From a virus: a DNA stretch of 64,000 nt. The stretch covers positions 5,440-69,439 of the IMG/VR virus record IMGVR_UViG_3300022562_001990, one strand, 5' to 3'. Below, piece after piece: positions 19,201 through 28,085 of the stretch. The position numbers and the translations under genes are program-made. Below the pieces are notes generated by a model. That model was not told the DNA's origin and searched no databases. It was given only the letters and a program-made list of their open reading frames with translations. Each line of letters opens with the position of its first letter. Positions within the stretch are counted from its first letter, which is position 1.

Positions 19201-19298
19201 CACAGCCACTATCGGAGAAGCAGGTCATTGATCTGCGGCGGGCAGTCATCGATGCTTACAGAGATGAGCTTGAGAGGAACCGTGGATTCACTGGATAA
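16281..19298 (+). CDS. Putative baseplate hub protein (gp27/gpD-like) with long C-terminal extension
   Basis: LRLYMEG...LLFEGIV start and GPFNMRPIPGFP...AYLDAIVHDI hub-like barrel; operon position. Confidence 0.6.
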   Translation: MPGHGKGAEVKLRLYMEGRLVENALNHVQVSGHTGSPATAQLSLVPTNTIKHILPGTWVHVFATDPWDQNPRGDVGDYKLLFEGIVVSRGFTRADDGRALSVQCADPSIYWVEARQFWLSITSANGGIVDQLAIQTSGGYGRFGSVTAEGVYGYMIPKIALTKDQGEERFMDTMISVIDDIGNVNPFYTNARNRFRITDRIIRGNAGNTEKLFQLALLSDFLDGLGGGQSGQSNLAQLVNQLLGSIMHEWVSVPAPPYVSTRIFSRDVFGNIKRKKTTVNRTDSRGRRKVDLFEYETAIDSVVASYIFKPHVYTLSPPTCNVLFPNMYDQMSYQENFMQETTRLQMMPQLPMKNQRQLMGLYMLRPAEIELFTAQIRDENSKSPGKRTPDGKYADGAGQAPRFNDYDWTTNEERIRGIVYNFINLAPAPSTLTLQGQGKKEPDGNRKGGIPDYLQNVASYEYFKAKFAARQSSLSGPFNMRPIPGFPILALDDSDADMNIVAYLDAIVHDISANGSATTQYAIQYPRFVDEVDFNRPRFKAAGTKYEGQLDFDLYRDERGNYDFGTIYDGENAPPIPEWFDEKLRSLTGLNDTYAEWFGSNVGVVQSFLFEDADDNEVALIAQQEAERTQEYEELGIDASKGVNLKVTTPSQVPGVTGETITASDALSDKNKDDIQRANDKITLQDATDELNDAYRRSRGDNREFELASTVTDRSFTRIDEAFRFVGASSVEYADRTKKPSQSARVTFDKNPAATRRVDYRTAKFRTFVGDTSTGSGYYGVKEGEAKPNPTTTSTTVSDATAGQVEVDAVSGADAAAPEDRMSGAFPVFDTTVHTGDEALDQKTRDSLLTSNSERAPSDRARYDGRPVMFDFEFRIWQDSLRIAGFSPTGERIADAAELATNYVTERGQTRPATAQELAQAREARAAAIAARKEEEEARASKGRGNPSKDPNMAPSQQAPTGDGLYQKEKPALPQPLSEKQVIDLRRAVIDAYRDELERNRGFTG

Positions 19299-20142
19299 AA
19301 ATGAAGACCTCGAGCTCGACGTAGAGGCTGAGCTTGAAGAGTGGCTAGAGAAGCAGGCTGCAGAGATGGGAATCTCGCAGGATGACCTGCGCCAGCAGGA
19401 GCTCGATGCGTGGGAGCGCTGGCGTTCGAACCCCAACCCAGAGGATTTTAGCTGGCTCTACAACAGCCACCAGCCACTCATCAACAGCGCAGGAGGCAGG
19501 TATCTCCGTACCGTGCAGCTTCCTAAGGCCGCAATCAAGAGCAGGCTTCTTCGGAACTACGTCAAGGCTCTCGAGACCTACGACCCGACCCGCGGAACCC
19601 AGCTGAGCAGCCATGTCTACAGTGGACTTGGGTACCGGATGCAGAGGTATATCCAGAAGTACACGAATGTCGGTCGAATCCCCGATGACCGAGCGTGGAT
19701 GATCCCCATGATCCAACAAAGGGAAGCCGCCTTGAATGATCTCCTGGGAAGGAAGCCGTCCGACGCCGAGCTAGCAGATGACATCCTCGTCTCGCAGCAG
19801 GGCCTATCCGACCTTCGGCGGGGACAGGTGACGCCCAAGAACGTGGCCACTACACGCAGGGAGCTGCGCAACGACCTCATTGCCGAGGAGGCCGGCGGAG
19901 AGGCTCAGCTTGGCGGCCGGTCTTATGTTGAGCAGCAGGCAGTGTTCCTCCATGGCTCGTTGAACCCGGAGCAGCAGCTCGTGCTCGAGCATACCTTCGA
20001 GGGATTCGGCAAGCCCATCATCACCGACGTGGACCAGCTTTCGAAGGAGCTGGACATGTCGCCGCAAAAGGTTCGCGCAATCAAGAAGCAGCTCGAAAGG
20101 AAGCTGGAGCGCTACTACCGCTCGACGAATGTGAGTGACTGA
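19282..20142 (+). CDS. Sigma70-family RNA polymerase sigma factor (FliA/SigF-like architecture)
   Basis: Region 2 KALETYDPTRGTQLSSHV, region 3 LGRKPSDAELAD, region 4 LNPEQQLVL...LSKELDMSPQKVRAIK. GTG 19282 follows GAGAGGA. Confidence 0.85.
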   Translation: MDSLDKNEDLELDVEAELEEWLEKQAAEMGISQDDLRQQELDAWERWRSNPNPEDFSWLYNSHQPLINSAGGRYLRTVQLPKAAIKSRLLRNYVKALETYDPTRGTQLSSHVYSGLGYRMQRYIQKYTNVGRIPDDRAWMIPMIQQREAALNDLLGRKPSDAELADDILVSQQGLSDLRRGQVTPKNVATTRRELRNDLIAEEAGGEAQLGGRSYVEQQAVFLHGSLNPEQQLVLEHTFEGFGKPIITDVDQLSKELDMSPQKVRAIKKQLERKLERYYRSTNVSD

Positions 20143-22139
20143 TGGCAGAAGAAGCCGACATCAAGCAAGCGATTGGCTGCCTGTCTGCGTCGTTCCCGGC
20201 GTACACGGCGAAGCAGCTTGCTGCACTCACGGACTCCATTGTGTCCGCGGTGCAGGGCTTCACCGATCCGCTCGCAGCCATCAGCGATCTGAACCTCGAC
20301 AATCTCATCGACCAGGTTGCAGAGATCTCAGAAGGCGACGTCTTTGGAAACCTAGCGTCGGCTGCGGCAGGGCTTCTCACGCAGCATGTCACTCGCGAAC
20401 TCGAGGACGCGATCGCTGCGAAGGAGACTGAGGTTCTTTCTGCATCAAAGCGCGTCAACCAAATCCGCAACATGTCCTCGAAGGTTGTCGGTGTCGCCCA
20501 GACAATGATGTCTCTCTACAACGACATGCCCTATGCGGCCGTCGAGAGAATGTGCCAGCAGATCATCAGGCTCGACGTGCTGAAGATCGACAACCTGAAG
20601 TGTCTCCGAAAACACATCGTTCAGCTTGTGAACTGCGTCCTCGTCCTGGTCGAGAACGTGGAGAACTACAAGGACGACACCATCGAAGATCTCATCAAGG
20701 CTTCCGCCGAGCTCGAGAAGGTCAAGGCAGAGCTCATCAAGTCGCGGGTTCTCGTTGACGGAACCACCACTTTCGACTCGACGGCCTTTGAGCGCGCCAG
20801 GACTGCGATGGTGGAGGTCGCTCGTATTCTAACCCCGGACAAGAACGGAACGACCATTCTTGACGTGGCGCTCATCCTGACATCTGGGAGCGTGGAGGCG
20901 GGGCAGGTGGACGCGTCAAACAGGGCCCTGGCGACGCTCGTGATCCCCTCCTTGATCAACCTCATTGAGGCAGAGGTGGCTGCCGTCGTCTCTCAGATTG
21001 GAGTCATCAACTACTACATCGGTGCGATGCAGCTGGTGATAGAAAGCTTCAGGGGAGCTGCGACTACTCCGAGGATATCAGAGCAGCGAAACCGGGCCAT
21101 CAGTGACATCTACGCTCGAGTAGAAAACATGTCGGACCGGATCAATCTGACCATCGCGAACGAGAGTATTACGGTTGCCTCGGGATCAATGCTCCTTTGG
21201 GCCTCGAGGGCGAAGGCAATCATCGTCTTGATGGACAACGTCAAGAAGCTCGCTTTCGAGGAAGGATCTGTTGACGGCGAGGTGGCGGCGGCCGCGCTGG
21301 CTTCTGCGTTCGAGGGGCTGCTCGAGGACCTGATGAACATCTCGAATGCCAATACGGTCGACGGCATCGAGGACCCGACAGACTTTCGCGACAGGGTGCT
21401 AGCCCTCACCGCTGGAGCGAGAAGGATTCTCAGCGACCTCGAGAAAGGCCGTGCCACCGCAAACCGGATGGCAACATTCCACGCCCTCTCGGTGGCGACT
21501 GCAACGGCGCAGGTGAGCACCCTTGAAAACTCAAGCACGGTGGCATCGCTGCAGAAGGTGGCCTGCGAGAAGTACGTCTCGACCTACGAGTCGCTGGATC
21601 TCCAGATCGCATCCAAGTACGCCGATCTCACAGACTCCATGAGGCAGCTGGGCCTCGACCGCGCCGTTGACCTTCTCAATGCCGGGCAGTTCGAGGAGTT
21701 CGTGAGCGCGGACCTAAATGACCTCTCCTACCTGGGGCAGATCATCCAATGCCTTACGCGATCTCTCGACGGCATCGACGATGCGCAAACCAGGCAGCAG
21801 ATCATCGACATTCGGGACGATCTCGTCGGGCTAAGAACGAACCTTGACGTAGCCGGAGCCGACTCGGCTGACCAGGGGAGGGCACGCTTCATTGGTCGCA
21901 TCCAGGAGGACATCGCAAGCACGCAGAGGAATGCGGAAATTGTGAAGTCCATCGTCAACGAGCTCACCGTGCTGGCCAATGAGATTGGCGCGGATCTCTC
22001 GGACGTCACCGAGGGAATCACAGGCTTCCTCGGTAACTTGGATCAGCTTGCCGTTGCCGCCGGCGGCCGGCTCTCCGGGGAACTCGAACGCTTCTCCGGG
22101 TTTCCGAACGCTGGCGTCCCGTTCTGCGAACCAACATGA
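20142..22139 (+). CDS. Large alpha-helical hypothetical protein
   Basis: 665 aa, acidic and helical; start coupled to the sigma stop (TGATG). Confidence 0.7.
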   Translation: MAEEADIKQAIGCLSASFPAYTAKQLAALTDSIVSAVQGFTDPLAAISDLNLDNLIDQVAEISEGDVFGNLASAAAGLLTQHVTRELEDAIAAKETEVLSASKRVNQIRNMSSKVVGVAQTMMSLYNDMPYAAVERMCQQIIRLDVLKIDNLKCLRKHIVQLVNCVLVLVENVENYKDDTIEDLIKASAELEKVKAELIKSRVLVDGTTTFDSTAFERARTAMVEVARILTPDKNGTTILDVALILTSGSVEAGQVDASNRALATLVIPSLINLIEAEVAAVVSQIGVINYYIGAMQLVIESFRGAATTPRISEQRNRAISDIYARVENMSDRINLTIANESITVASGSMLLWASRAKAIIVLMDNVKKLAFEEGSVDGEVAAAALASAFEGLLEDLMNISNANTVDGIEDPTDFRDRVLALTAGARRILSDLEKGRATANRMATFHALSVATATAQVSTLENSSTVASLQKVACEKYVSTYESLDLQIASKYADLTDSMRQLGLDRAVDLLNAGQFEEFVSADLNDLSYLGQIIQCLTRSLDGIDDAQTRQQIIDIRDDLVGLRTNLDVAGADSADQGRARFIGRIQEDIASTQRNAEIVKSIVNELTVLANEIGADLSDVTEGITGFLGNLDQLAVAAGGRLSGELERFSGFPNAGVPFCEPT

Positions 22140-22157
22140 TAAGGTTTTTCGTAAGTT

Positions 22158-22583
22158 ATGCCTGACCTGAAAGTACTCATAACCGACCCGAACACGGGAA
22201 GGCTTCGGGTTGGCATCCCTCGTCCGCCCCAACAGGTGGAGGGGATCGACCTGCTCGTCCAGATCGTCGTCCTGCTCTACCTCAACAACGGCGGCCGGTC
22301 GATTTTCGCCCCCGGTCGAGCTGGCGGCCTGCGGGATTACATCGGCCTAAACCACGACCCCGACGATCCATCAGAGCTCTTTGCTGACCTTCGACTCATG
22401 ACGAGCCGCATCGAGCAGATCATCAAGGAGGAGCAGGCGAGGACTACACGGCCGCCGTCCGAAAGGCTTCAATCTCTCTTCGTCTTGGATATCATCCCCG
22501 ACGATACTCAGCCGGAGATCGAAATCCAGGTCCAGGTCGTCAATGAGGAGCAAACAACAGCGCAGGCAGTGGTGACAATCTAA
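22158..22583 (+). CDS. Baseplate wedge gp25/gpW-like protein
   Basis: VEGIDLLVQIV...GRSIFAPGRAGGL; immediately before the J-like gene. Confidence 0.7.
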   Translation: MPDLKVLITDPNTGRLRVGIPRPPQQVEGIDLLVQIVVLLYLNNGGRSIFAPGRAGGLRDYIGLNHDPDDPSELFADLRLMTSRIEQIIKEEQARTTRPPSERLQSLFVLDIIPDDTQPEIEIQVQVVNEEQTTAQAVVTI

Positions 22584-24643
22584 TGGCTCTTCCAATCAAA
22601 GACTTCATCATCCAGCAGCTCCTTGAGTACGACTCGAGCTTCGACGTTGGCGCAGGTGTGCCTACGACCGGGCTTTTGGTTGAGCCTCTCTCTGTCATCC
22701 TTCAGCCAATCATCGACGAGCTCACGGTTGTTCAGGCCAGCCAGTCGATCCTCACAATCCTGGAGTCATCCGATCCAGACGCGTTCCCGGAGGACATTGT
22801 CGACGGTCTCGCGTCGAATGCCTTTGTCGAGAGGAACCCAGGCTCCATTGGCTCGGACGTCCAGAGGATTCGCTTCTTCGAACCGACCAGCTTCAGCGCA
22901 CAGCAAGGTGTCCTCATTTTCCGTGGGCCAGCCGGACAGCGGTACTCCAACTCGGAGGCAATCTCGGTCACCGAGGCAGAGATGAGCCTCAACCAAGAGG
23001 GGACACTCTACTTCATCGACCTTCCGATCGTGGCCCTCGAGGAGGGATCCGATTTCAACGTGTCAGCCGGTGGCATCACGACGATGGAGTCGGAGCCGGC
23101 CGGGGTAGCGAACACGACCAACCTCTTCGGAGTGACCGAGGGCCGGGACAGGGAGACCAACACCGAGCTCATTGACCGCATCAAGGTTGCCGTCACCGTT
23201 CGTGCCCTGGTGACTGGCCGCGGCATCATCGTCACCCTCACGGAGAACTTCACCTCCATCGAGGAGATCGAGCCCATCGGCTTCGGCGACGATGAGATGA
23301 TGCGAGACATCGTCTACAACGTGCACATCGGTGGCAACGTAGACGTCTACATCAAGGGCCCTGCGTTCACTTCTGGCTTTCAGGACTTCTTCGGCCTCGA
23401 GGTTGACACGACGAGGATTGCAGAAAGCAATGCCACGGTTGTCGCGCTCGACGACTCGGTAGGCTACCCGCTTGGCAAATACCCACTGGACCGCACGAAC
23501 AGCGCGCCCTCCGTCAAGTCCATCGACAGCATCTTCGTCTACGTCGATGGAGTCGACTACACGATCGACGACTCGGTAGGCCTTTTCTATCGACTCGGTG
23601 GAGGTGGAATCTTCCACATCACCGGAACGACGGGGACCGTGACGACCAGCAAAATCTTGAACGACGTGGGTGCATTCGCCGATGTCCGCACAGGAATGAT
23701 CCTGACCATCAACACGCCTGGCTCGGTGGCCGGCACCTACACGATCAAGTCCAAGATCGATGCCGACAACATCGAGATCTACGGAGACTTTCCGGCTCTG
23801 GTCGGCAGCGTTGGCTATCAGATCGACGACAACCTCGTCGTCGAGTTTGGCTACAACCCGATCGCCATCGACATCATCGCAGAGGCAAGGAACACGCAGC
23901 GTGAGGAGTTCACGATCACCGATGTTCCACTCATGTATATCGAGTCCATTGAGATTCTCGATCCGCTCTCCGGGGAGCCTACGGGAGAGACGCTGTCTGC
24001 GAATGGAGGATTTGGAGCAGGCGGGTATGGCGCAGGACCCTATGGCATTGGAAACGGCGCCGAGTACAAGTTCGTCGTCACAGAACCAACGCTGAGGCAC
24101 TCGGCTCAGGAAGACAACTACATCGAGATCAGCAGCCTCTTCCTCACGACGGCTATCCGCGTCAACTATCTCTATGCCTCTGCGATTCCCCCGATCCAGG
24201 CATTCATGGATGACCGGAACAACCAGAGCGAGACCGCCTCTCTGCTGGCACGGCACTTCATTCCGGCCTTCGTGGACAACCCGAACCCAGTCATCTACGA
24301 CATCCCGACGGCGACATCGACGACGGCGATCTCTGTTTCCGACATGACAGATCTCGTGAAGACGTTCATCGACGACATCAACGAAGGGCAGGCCTTCGAG
24401 TTGTCGGACATCGTTGACCTTCTCTACGACAACGGAGCATCCAGGGTTGATCTTGGTTCTCTCGACACATTCAAGGCAGAGATTCACAACCACGACGGGA
24501 CCGTCCAGTTCGAGCTTCCAACCGACGATGGAAGCATCACCGTTCCAGACGATGAGATCCCAGACCCGACTGACCGACCGCTCTCTCCACGGATCGCAAG
24601 GTTCAGAGCTAGAGACATCTCGCTACAAAGGAATGTCGTATGA
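22583..24643 (+). CDS. Baseplate J-like wedge protein
   Basis: ALEEGSDFNVSAG...GRDRETNTELIDRI...GGNVDVYI. Confidence 0.85.
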   Translation: MALPIKDFIIQQLLEYDSSFDVGAGVPTTGLLVEPLSVILQPIIDELTVVQASQSILTILESSDPDAFPEDIVDGLASNAFVERNPGSIGSDVQRIRFFEPTSFSAQQGVLIFRGPAGQRYSNSEAISVTEAEMSLNQEGTLYFIDLPIVALEEGSDFNVSAGGITTMESEPAGVANTTNLFGVTEGRDRETNTELIDRIKVAVTVRALVTGRGIIVTLTENFTSIEEIEPIGFGDDEMMRDIVYNVHIGGNVDVYIKGPAFTSGFQDFFGLEVDTTRIAESNATVVALDDSVGYPLGKYPLDRTNSAPSVKSIDSIFVYVDGVDYTIDDSVGLFYRLGGGGIFHITGTTGTVTTSKILNDVGAFADVRTGMILTINTPGSVAGTYTIKSKIDADNIEIYGDFPALVGSVGYQIDDNLVVEFGYNPIAIDIIAEARNTQREEFTITDVPLMYIESIEILDPLSGEPTGETLSANGGFGAGGYGAGPYGIGNGAEYKFVVTEPTLRHSAQEDNYIEISSLFLTTAIRVNYLYASAIPPIQAFMDDRNNQSETASLLARHFIPAFVDNPNPVIYDIPTATSTTAISVSDMTDLVKTFIDDINEGQAFELSDIVDLLYDNGASRVDLGSLDTFKAEIHNHDGTVQFELPTDDGSITVPDDEIPDPTDRPLSPRIARFRARDISLQRNVV

Positions 24644-24933
24644 ACCTAGCCAGCTTCGCAGATGAGCTCGTGAAGGTAGGTGCTGCAAAGACGCTTGTTC
24701 GCAAGATCGCGTCCAGCCAGGACGTCACCACGATTGACACCCCGGATGGAATGATGAGCGCGAGCTCGCCACCGCCGGCGCTCACTCATCGTCCCGACGA
24801 TGCATCTACCAGGGTTCCGAGGGCGATGAAGACAGCCCCCATGATCGTGTCGGGAACGCTTGGGCCAGTTGCGGTGGCCAAGGATCCAATCGACAGGGAG
24901 AAGTACAACCGCGCGTACAATGAGAGGCGATGA
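24640..24933 (+). CDS. Small protein with FADELVKVG / RKIAS motifs
   Basis: Overlaps both neighbours by 4 nt; N-terminus resembles that of the 2018 protein. Confidence 0.65.
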   Translation: MNLASFADELVKVGAAKTLVRKIASSQDVTTIDTPDGMMSASSPPPALTHRPDDASTRVPRAMKTAPMIVSGTLGPVAVAKDPIDREKYNRAYNERR

Positions 24934-27380
24934 GTCACATTTCCTCAGCATTCCTCTTCCGGTTCCTCGACGACGTCTGGGATCTACTGCCAACGGAAGA
25001 CCGGGAGCTCTTCCAGTCCTATTGGAAGGGGCAGGTTCGCATTGGTGCCGATCTCGAGCAGAAGACGCTAGAGGCGGCACAGTCGACAGAGGTCTCTGAA
25101 GTTCCTGTTTTCCTGACGGAGCGCTGGAACCGCTTCGTCATGGACGAGGACTCGACCGATCAGTTTGAGCAGACGGACGAGCTCTTGCTCGTGATGACTG
25201 CTGCCCAAACGATCTCACGGGAAACAGCCTTCTACGACACCCTGAGTGTCTCGAATGCATCCCGACAGATCCCGCATGAGGAGACCATCCGATTCTTCGA
25301 TGACTCTGTGCGGGAGCTGAGATATCCGCTGCTGGTTCCTGGAACCATCTCCATTCGCCTTGTTGGAGTTGGCGGCATCGAATACACGCCAGGCCGCGAC
25401 TATGTCGTCAACGAATTCGAGGGAACGGTTCAAGCTCTCGACAGCGGTCGCATCCCTCCGACCGAGATCCTCACGGTCTACTACCAGCACGAGGAGTACA
25501 CCGAGGGACTCGATTACACGGTCGACCACTCCAAGAACACGATTGCAAGAACCGCCTCCTCGGCCATTCCGAGTGGCTCCACGGTCTATGCAACGTACAC
25601 CTACAATGGGACGGCAACCCTTCCCCTGCAGAGCGAAAGTGGTGCTGTCGACGTTGCGGTCCTAACCGACTACACAAAAAACTTCAGCACCCTCCTCCCA
25701 GGACGAACGCTCACTATTTCCGAGGGGGCGAACGAGGGAACCTACACGATCAACTCGATCCTGAACGACAACCAGATTCAGATCGCCGAACTCTTTCCGC
25801 AGACCCAGGACAACAACGTCGTCTATTCAATCGACGCCTTCCCCCATGGCGTCAAGGTGAGCTCTCAGATTGAGTCGATTCCTCTCCTTCAGAACCTTGT
25901 AGACAGCCCCGACTGGGCACTGGTCGAGGGAGTGGACTACGTGGTCAGCGGCGGAATCCTGTCGATGCGAGCAGCATTTCCTCTGTCGAAGATTGGCCCA
26001 GAGGACACAAGGCAGAGGCAGGCCTGGGCGGAGATCACCAAGGTCAACAAGCAAACTCCCTACAGAAACTTCGGAGTTCTCATCGACTTCTTCCGCGAGA
26101 ACTCGGAAGCGTACAAGCTCGCGCTGCAGGGGCTCTGGTTCACCTTCTGGACTGGCTCAACCCCAGGCAACCTGGGCAGAGGGCTTCACATCCTACTAGG
26201 GCTTCCGTTCGCTCGGCGAGCAGGGACGGTCACAAGGGTCGACACCGACCTGGCCGAGATTGACATCACCGAAGACAGCGGCCGAATCATCACCTACACA
26301 ATTCCGTCTGGGCTGGATCCGGTCGTAGCGCGTGGAGACGCGGTCCCACGCTTCGAGTCCTTGACGACGGGCGTTCAGATCATCGACCGAAACAACGAGC
26401 CAGGATTCGTGGCCAGCCGCCTTGGCAGAGCTGGAATCGAGAAGTTCCTGACGAGCCAGGCCTCCAAGGGAGATGGCGACACCGACGAGACCAAGGCGCT
26501 CACGCTTCTCGAGAACCACCTTTTTCTTCCGCAGGTTCTTACCGAGGCGATCACACAAAGAGTCAACGTCGCCGAGCTCGTAACCTTCCTCGACAACATG
26601 AAGCCGCAGTGGACGGAGTACGTCTTCTCGTTTGCGGCCGAGATCGAGGAGACGCTGTATCTGTCAGCAGACCCGCACGATGGAACGAGGTGGGTGAACC
26701 TGTCGCCGGGCGAGGTCATGGATGCCCAGCAGGACCTCAACCTGACGACCACGATCAGCAACAACGAGTTCAACAAATCCTTCATCCTCGAGGAGTTCAT
26801 TGTCGACAGCATCTCAGGAGAGGTTCTTGCGGCCGGGTCTCAGGCGACGGGAAACTTCCGGGACCTGACAAAAGACTTCGTGGTCCTGGGCGTCGACGCC
26901 GGAAGCATCGTCTTCATTCCGGTTGGCAACTTCAAGGGCTACCATCTCGTCCTCGAGCGACAAAGTACCAACCTCTTGTCCCTCGATATCCCGGACTCGT
27001 CTCTCATCGCCGACGTCGGAATCGAGTACAAAGTCCTGAGCAAGGAGCAGAGCATCCTTGACCATGACTCGATCCAGCTCCGTGGAGAGCACACGGTTTT
27101 GCCGGGGACCGACTACCTGTCCCCCTCGACACTCAACACCAAGACGGATATTGACCTGGTCGGCATTGGGGTCACAAACGAGCAGGCCAAGACGCTCTTG
27201 CTTGTGGACATCGGGAACGTCGGCAACGAAGTTCAGGCCATTACCGACGCCGACGTAGAAACAGGGGAATTTGATGTCTCCTCATCCCCAGGGGTGGTAA
27301 CACGAGACCACGAAATAGCTTCGGCGGCTCTCAAACGGACAAACAACGTAGCGACGGTGACGGACGCCTTTGCAATCTAG
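24930..27380 (+). CDS. Baseplate wedge (gpI-like) multidomain protein
   Basis: FWTGSTPGNLGRGLHILLGLP and LDNMKPQWT wedge-type motifs; repeated EGxDY beta modules. Confidence 0.7.
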   Translation: MSHISSAFLFRFLDDVWDLLPTEDRELFQSYWKGQVRIGADLEQKTLEAAQSTEVSEVPVFLTERWNRFVMDEDSTDQFEQTDELLLVMTAAQTISRETAFYDTLSVSNASRQIPHEETIRFFDDSVRELRYPLLVPGTISIRLVGVGGIEYTPGRDYVVNEFEGTVQALDSGRIPPTEILTVYYQHEEYTEGLDYTVDHSKNTIARTASSAIPSGSTVYATYTYNGTATLPLQSESGAVDVAVLTDYTKNFSTLLPGRTLTISEGANEGTYTINSILNDNQIQIAELFPQTQDNNVVYSIDAFPHGVKVSSQIESIPLLQNLVDSPDWALVEGVDYVVSGGILSMRAAFPLSKIGPEDTRQRQAWAEITKVNKQTPYRNFGVLIDFFRENSEAYKLALQGLWFTFWTGSTPGNLGRGLHILLGLPFARRAGTVTRVDTDLAEIDITEDSGRIITYTIPSGLDPVVARGDAVPRFESLTTGVQIIDRNNEPGFVASRLGRAGIEKFLTSQASKGDGDTDETKALTLLENHLFLPQVLTEAITQRVNVAELVTFLDNMKPQWTEYVFSFAAEIEETLYLSADPHDGTRWVNLSPGEVMDAQQDLNLTTTISNNEFNKSFILEEFIVDSISGEVLAAGSQATGNFRDLTKDFVVLGVDAGSIVFIPVGNFKGYHLVLERQSTNLLSLDIPDSSLIADVGIEYKVLSKEQSILDHDSIQLRGEHTVLPGTDYLSPSTLNTKTDIDLVGIGVTNEQAKTLLLVDIGNVGNEVQAITDADVETGEFDVSSSPGVVTRDHEIASAALKRTNNVATVTDAFAI

Positions 27381-27388
27381 GACCTTGA

Positions 27389-27418
27389 TTGACGATGCAG
27401 GGCGCTCCCCACTAGAAT
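27389..27418 (+). promoter_or_regulatory. Sigma70-type promoter TTGACG-N18-TAGAAT
   Basis: Near-consensus -35/-10 pair in the intergenic gap before 27430. Confidence 0.6.
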
Positions 27419-27429
27419 CCAGGTGAAAC

Positions 27430-28071
27430 ATGAATCTGCCACCCTTCCTGAAATTCCTGGCTCCGAAGCTGAGAGCCATCAAGCCAGAGCCGAAGCCAGA
27501 GGGGTTGCGGTTTCAGGGGCACATTCGCGTTGAGCGCCAGGTCGGGAGTGGTCCCCTCGAGCTCATTCACGACAGCAAGAACTTCATTGTCGATGTCGGC
27601 CTGACTGGAGTTCGCGACATTCTCATCGGTGTCGCCGGCGGAGGGTTCCAAGGCTCCATCTTCAGGATGGCAGTCGGTGACGGAGGCACCCCACCCGGCG
27701 AGCTCTTCAACCCCAAGCCGCCTGACGCTTCCTGGCCGGCGCGGACCGGCCTCTACCACGAGGTCATTCGTCAGGACATCTCGGTCTTCGAAACCCCGAC
27801 GACCTCATCCATGCGATTCGTCGGAAGCTTCAATTCCGCGGATGTAGGCCTCCCCAGCTTCAGCTTGGCCGACCTGGTCATCAATGAAGCGGCCCTCATT
27901 ATCGGGGATGGCGTTCTTACGGTTGGCGGAGACAAGAAGCAGATCAATAATGGTGATTCCGCCGACCTAGACGAGCTGATGTTCTCGACGAGAACTTTCA
28001 AGTCTGCCTCGTTCGACCCGGCTGAGGACGTGACCATCACGATCACCTGGACAATCACTGTTGCGTCGTAA
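27430..28071 (+). CDS. Tail-collar/fibre attachment-like protein
   Basis: NFIVDVG, MAVGDGG, INEAALI and terminal ITITWTI pattern. Confidence 0.65.
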   Translation: MNLPPFLKFLAPKLRAIKPEPKPEGLRFQGHIRVERQVGSGPLELIHDSKNFIVDVGLTGVRDILIGVAGGGFQGSIFRMAVGDGGTPPGELFNPKPPDASWPARTGLYHEVIRQDISVFETPTTSSMRFVGSFNSADVGLPSFSLADLVINEAALIIGDGVLTVGGDKKQINNGDSADLDELMFSTRTFKSASFDPAEDVTITITWTITVAS

Positions 28072-28085
28072 TCGGAGAAACTGCA

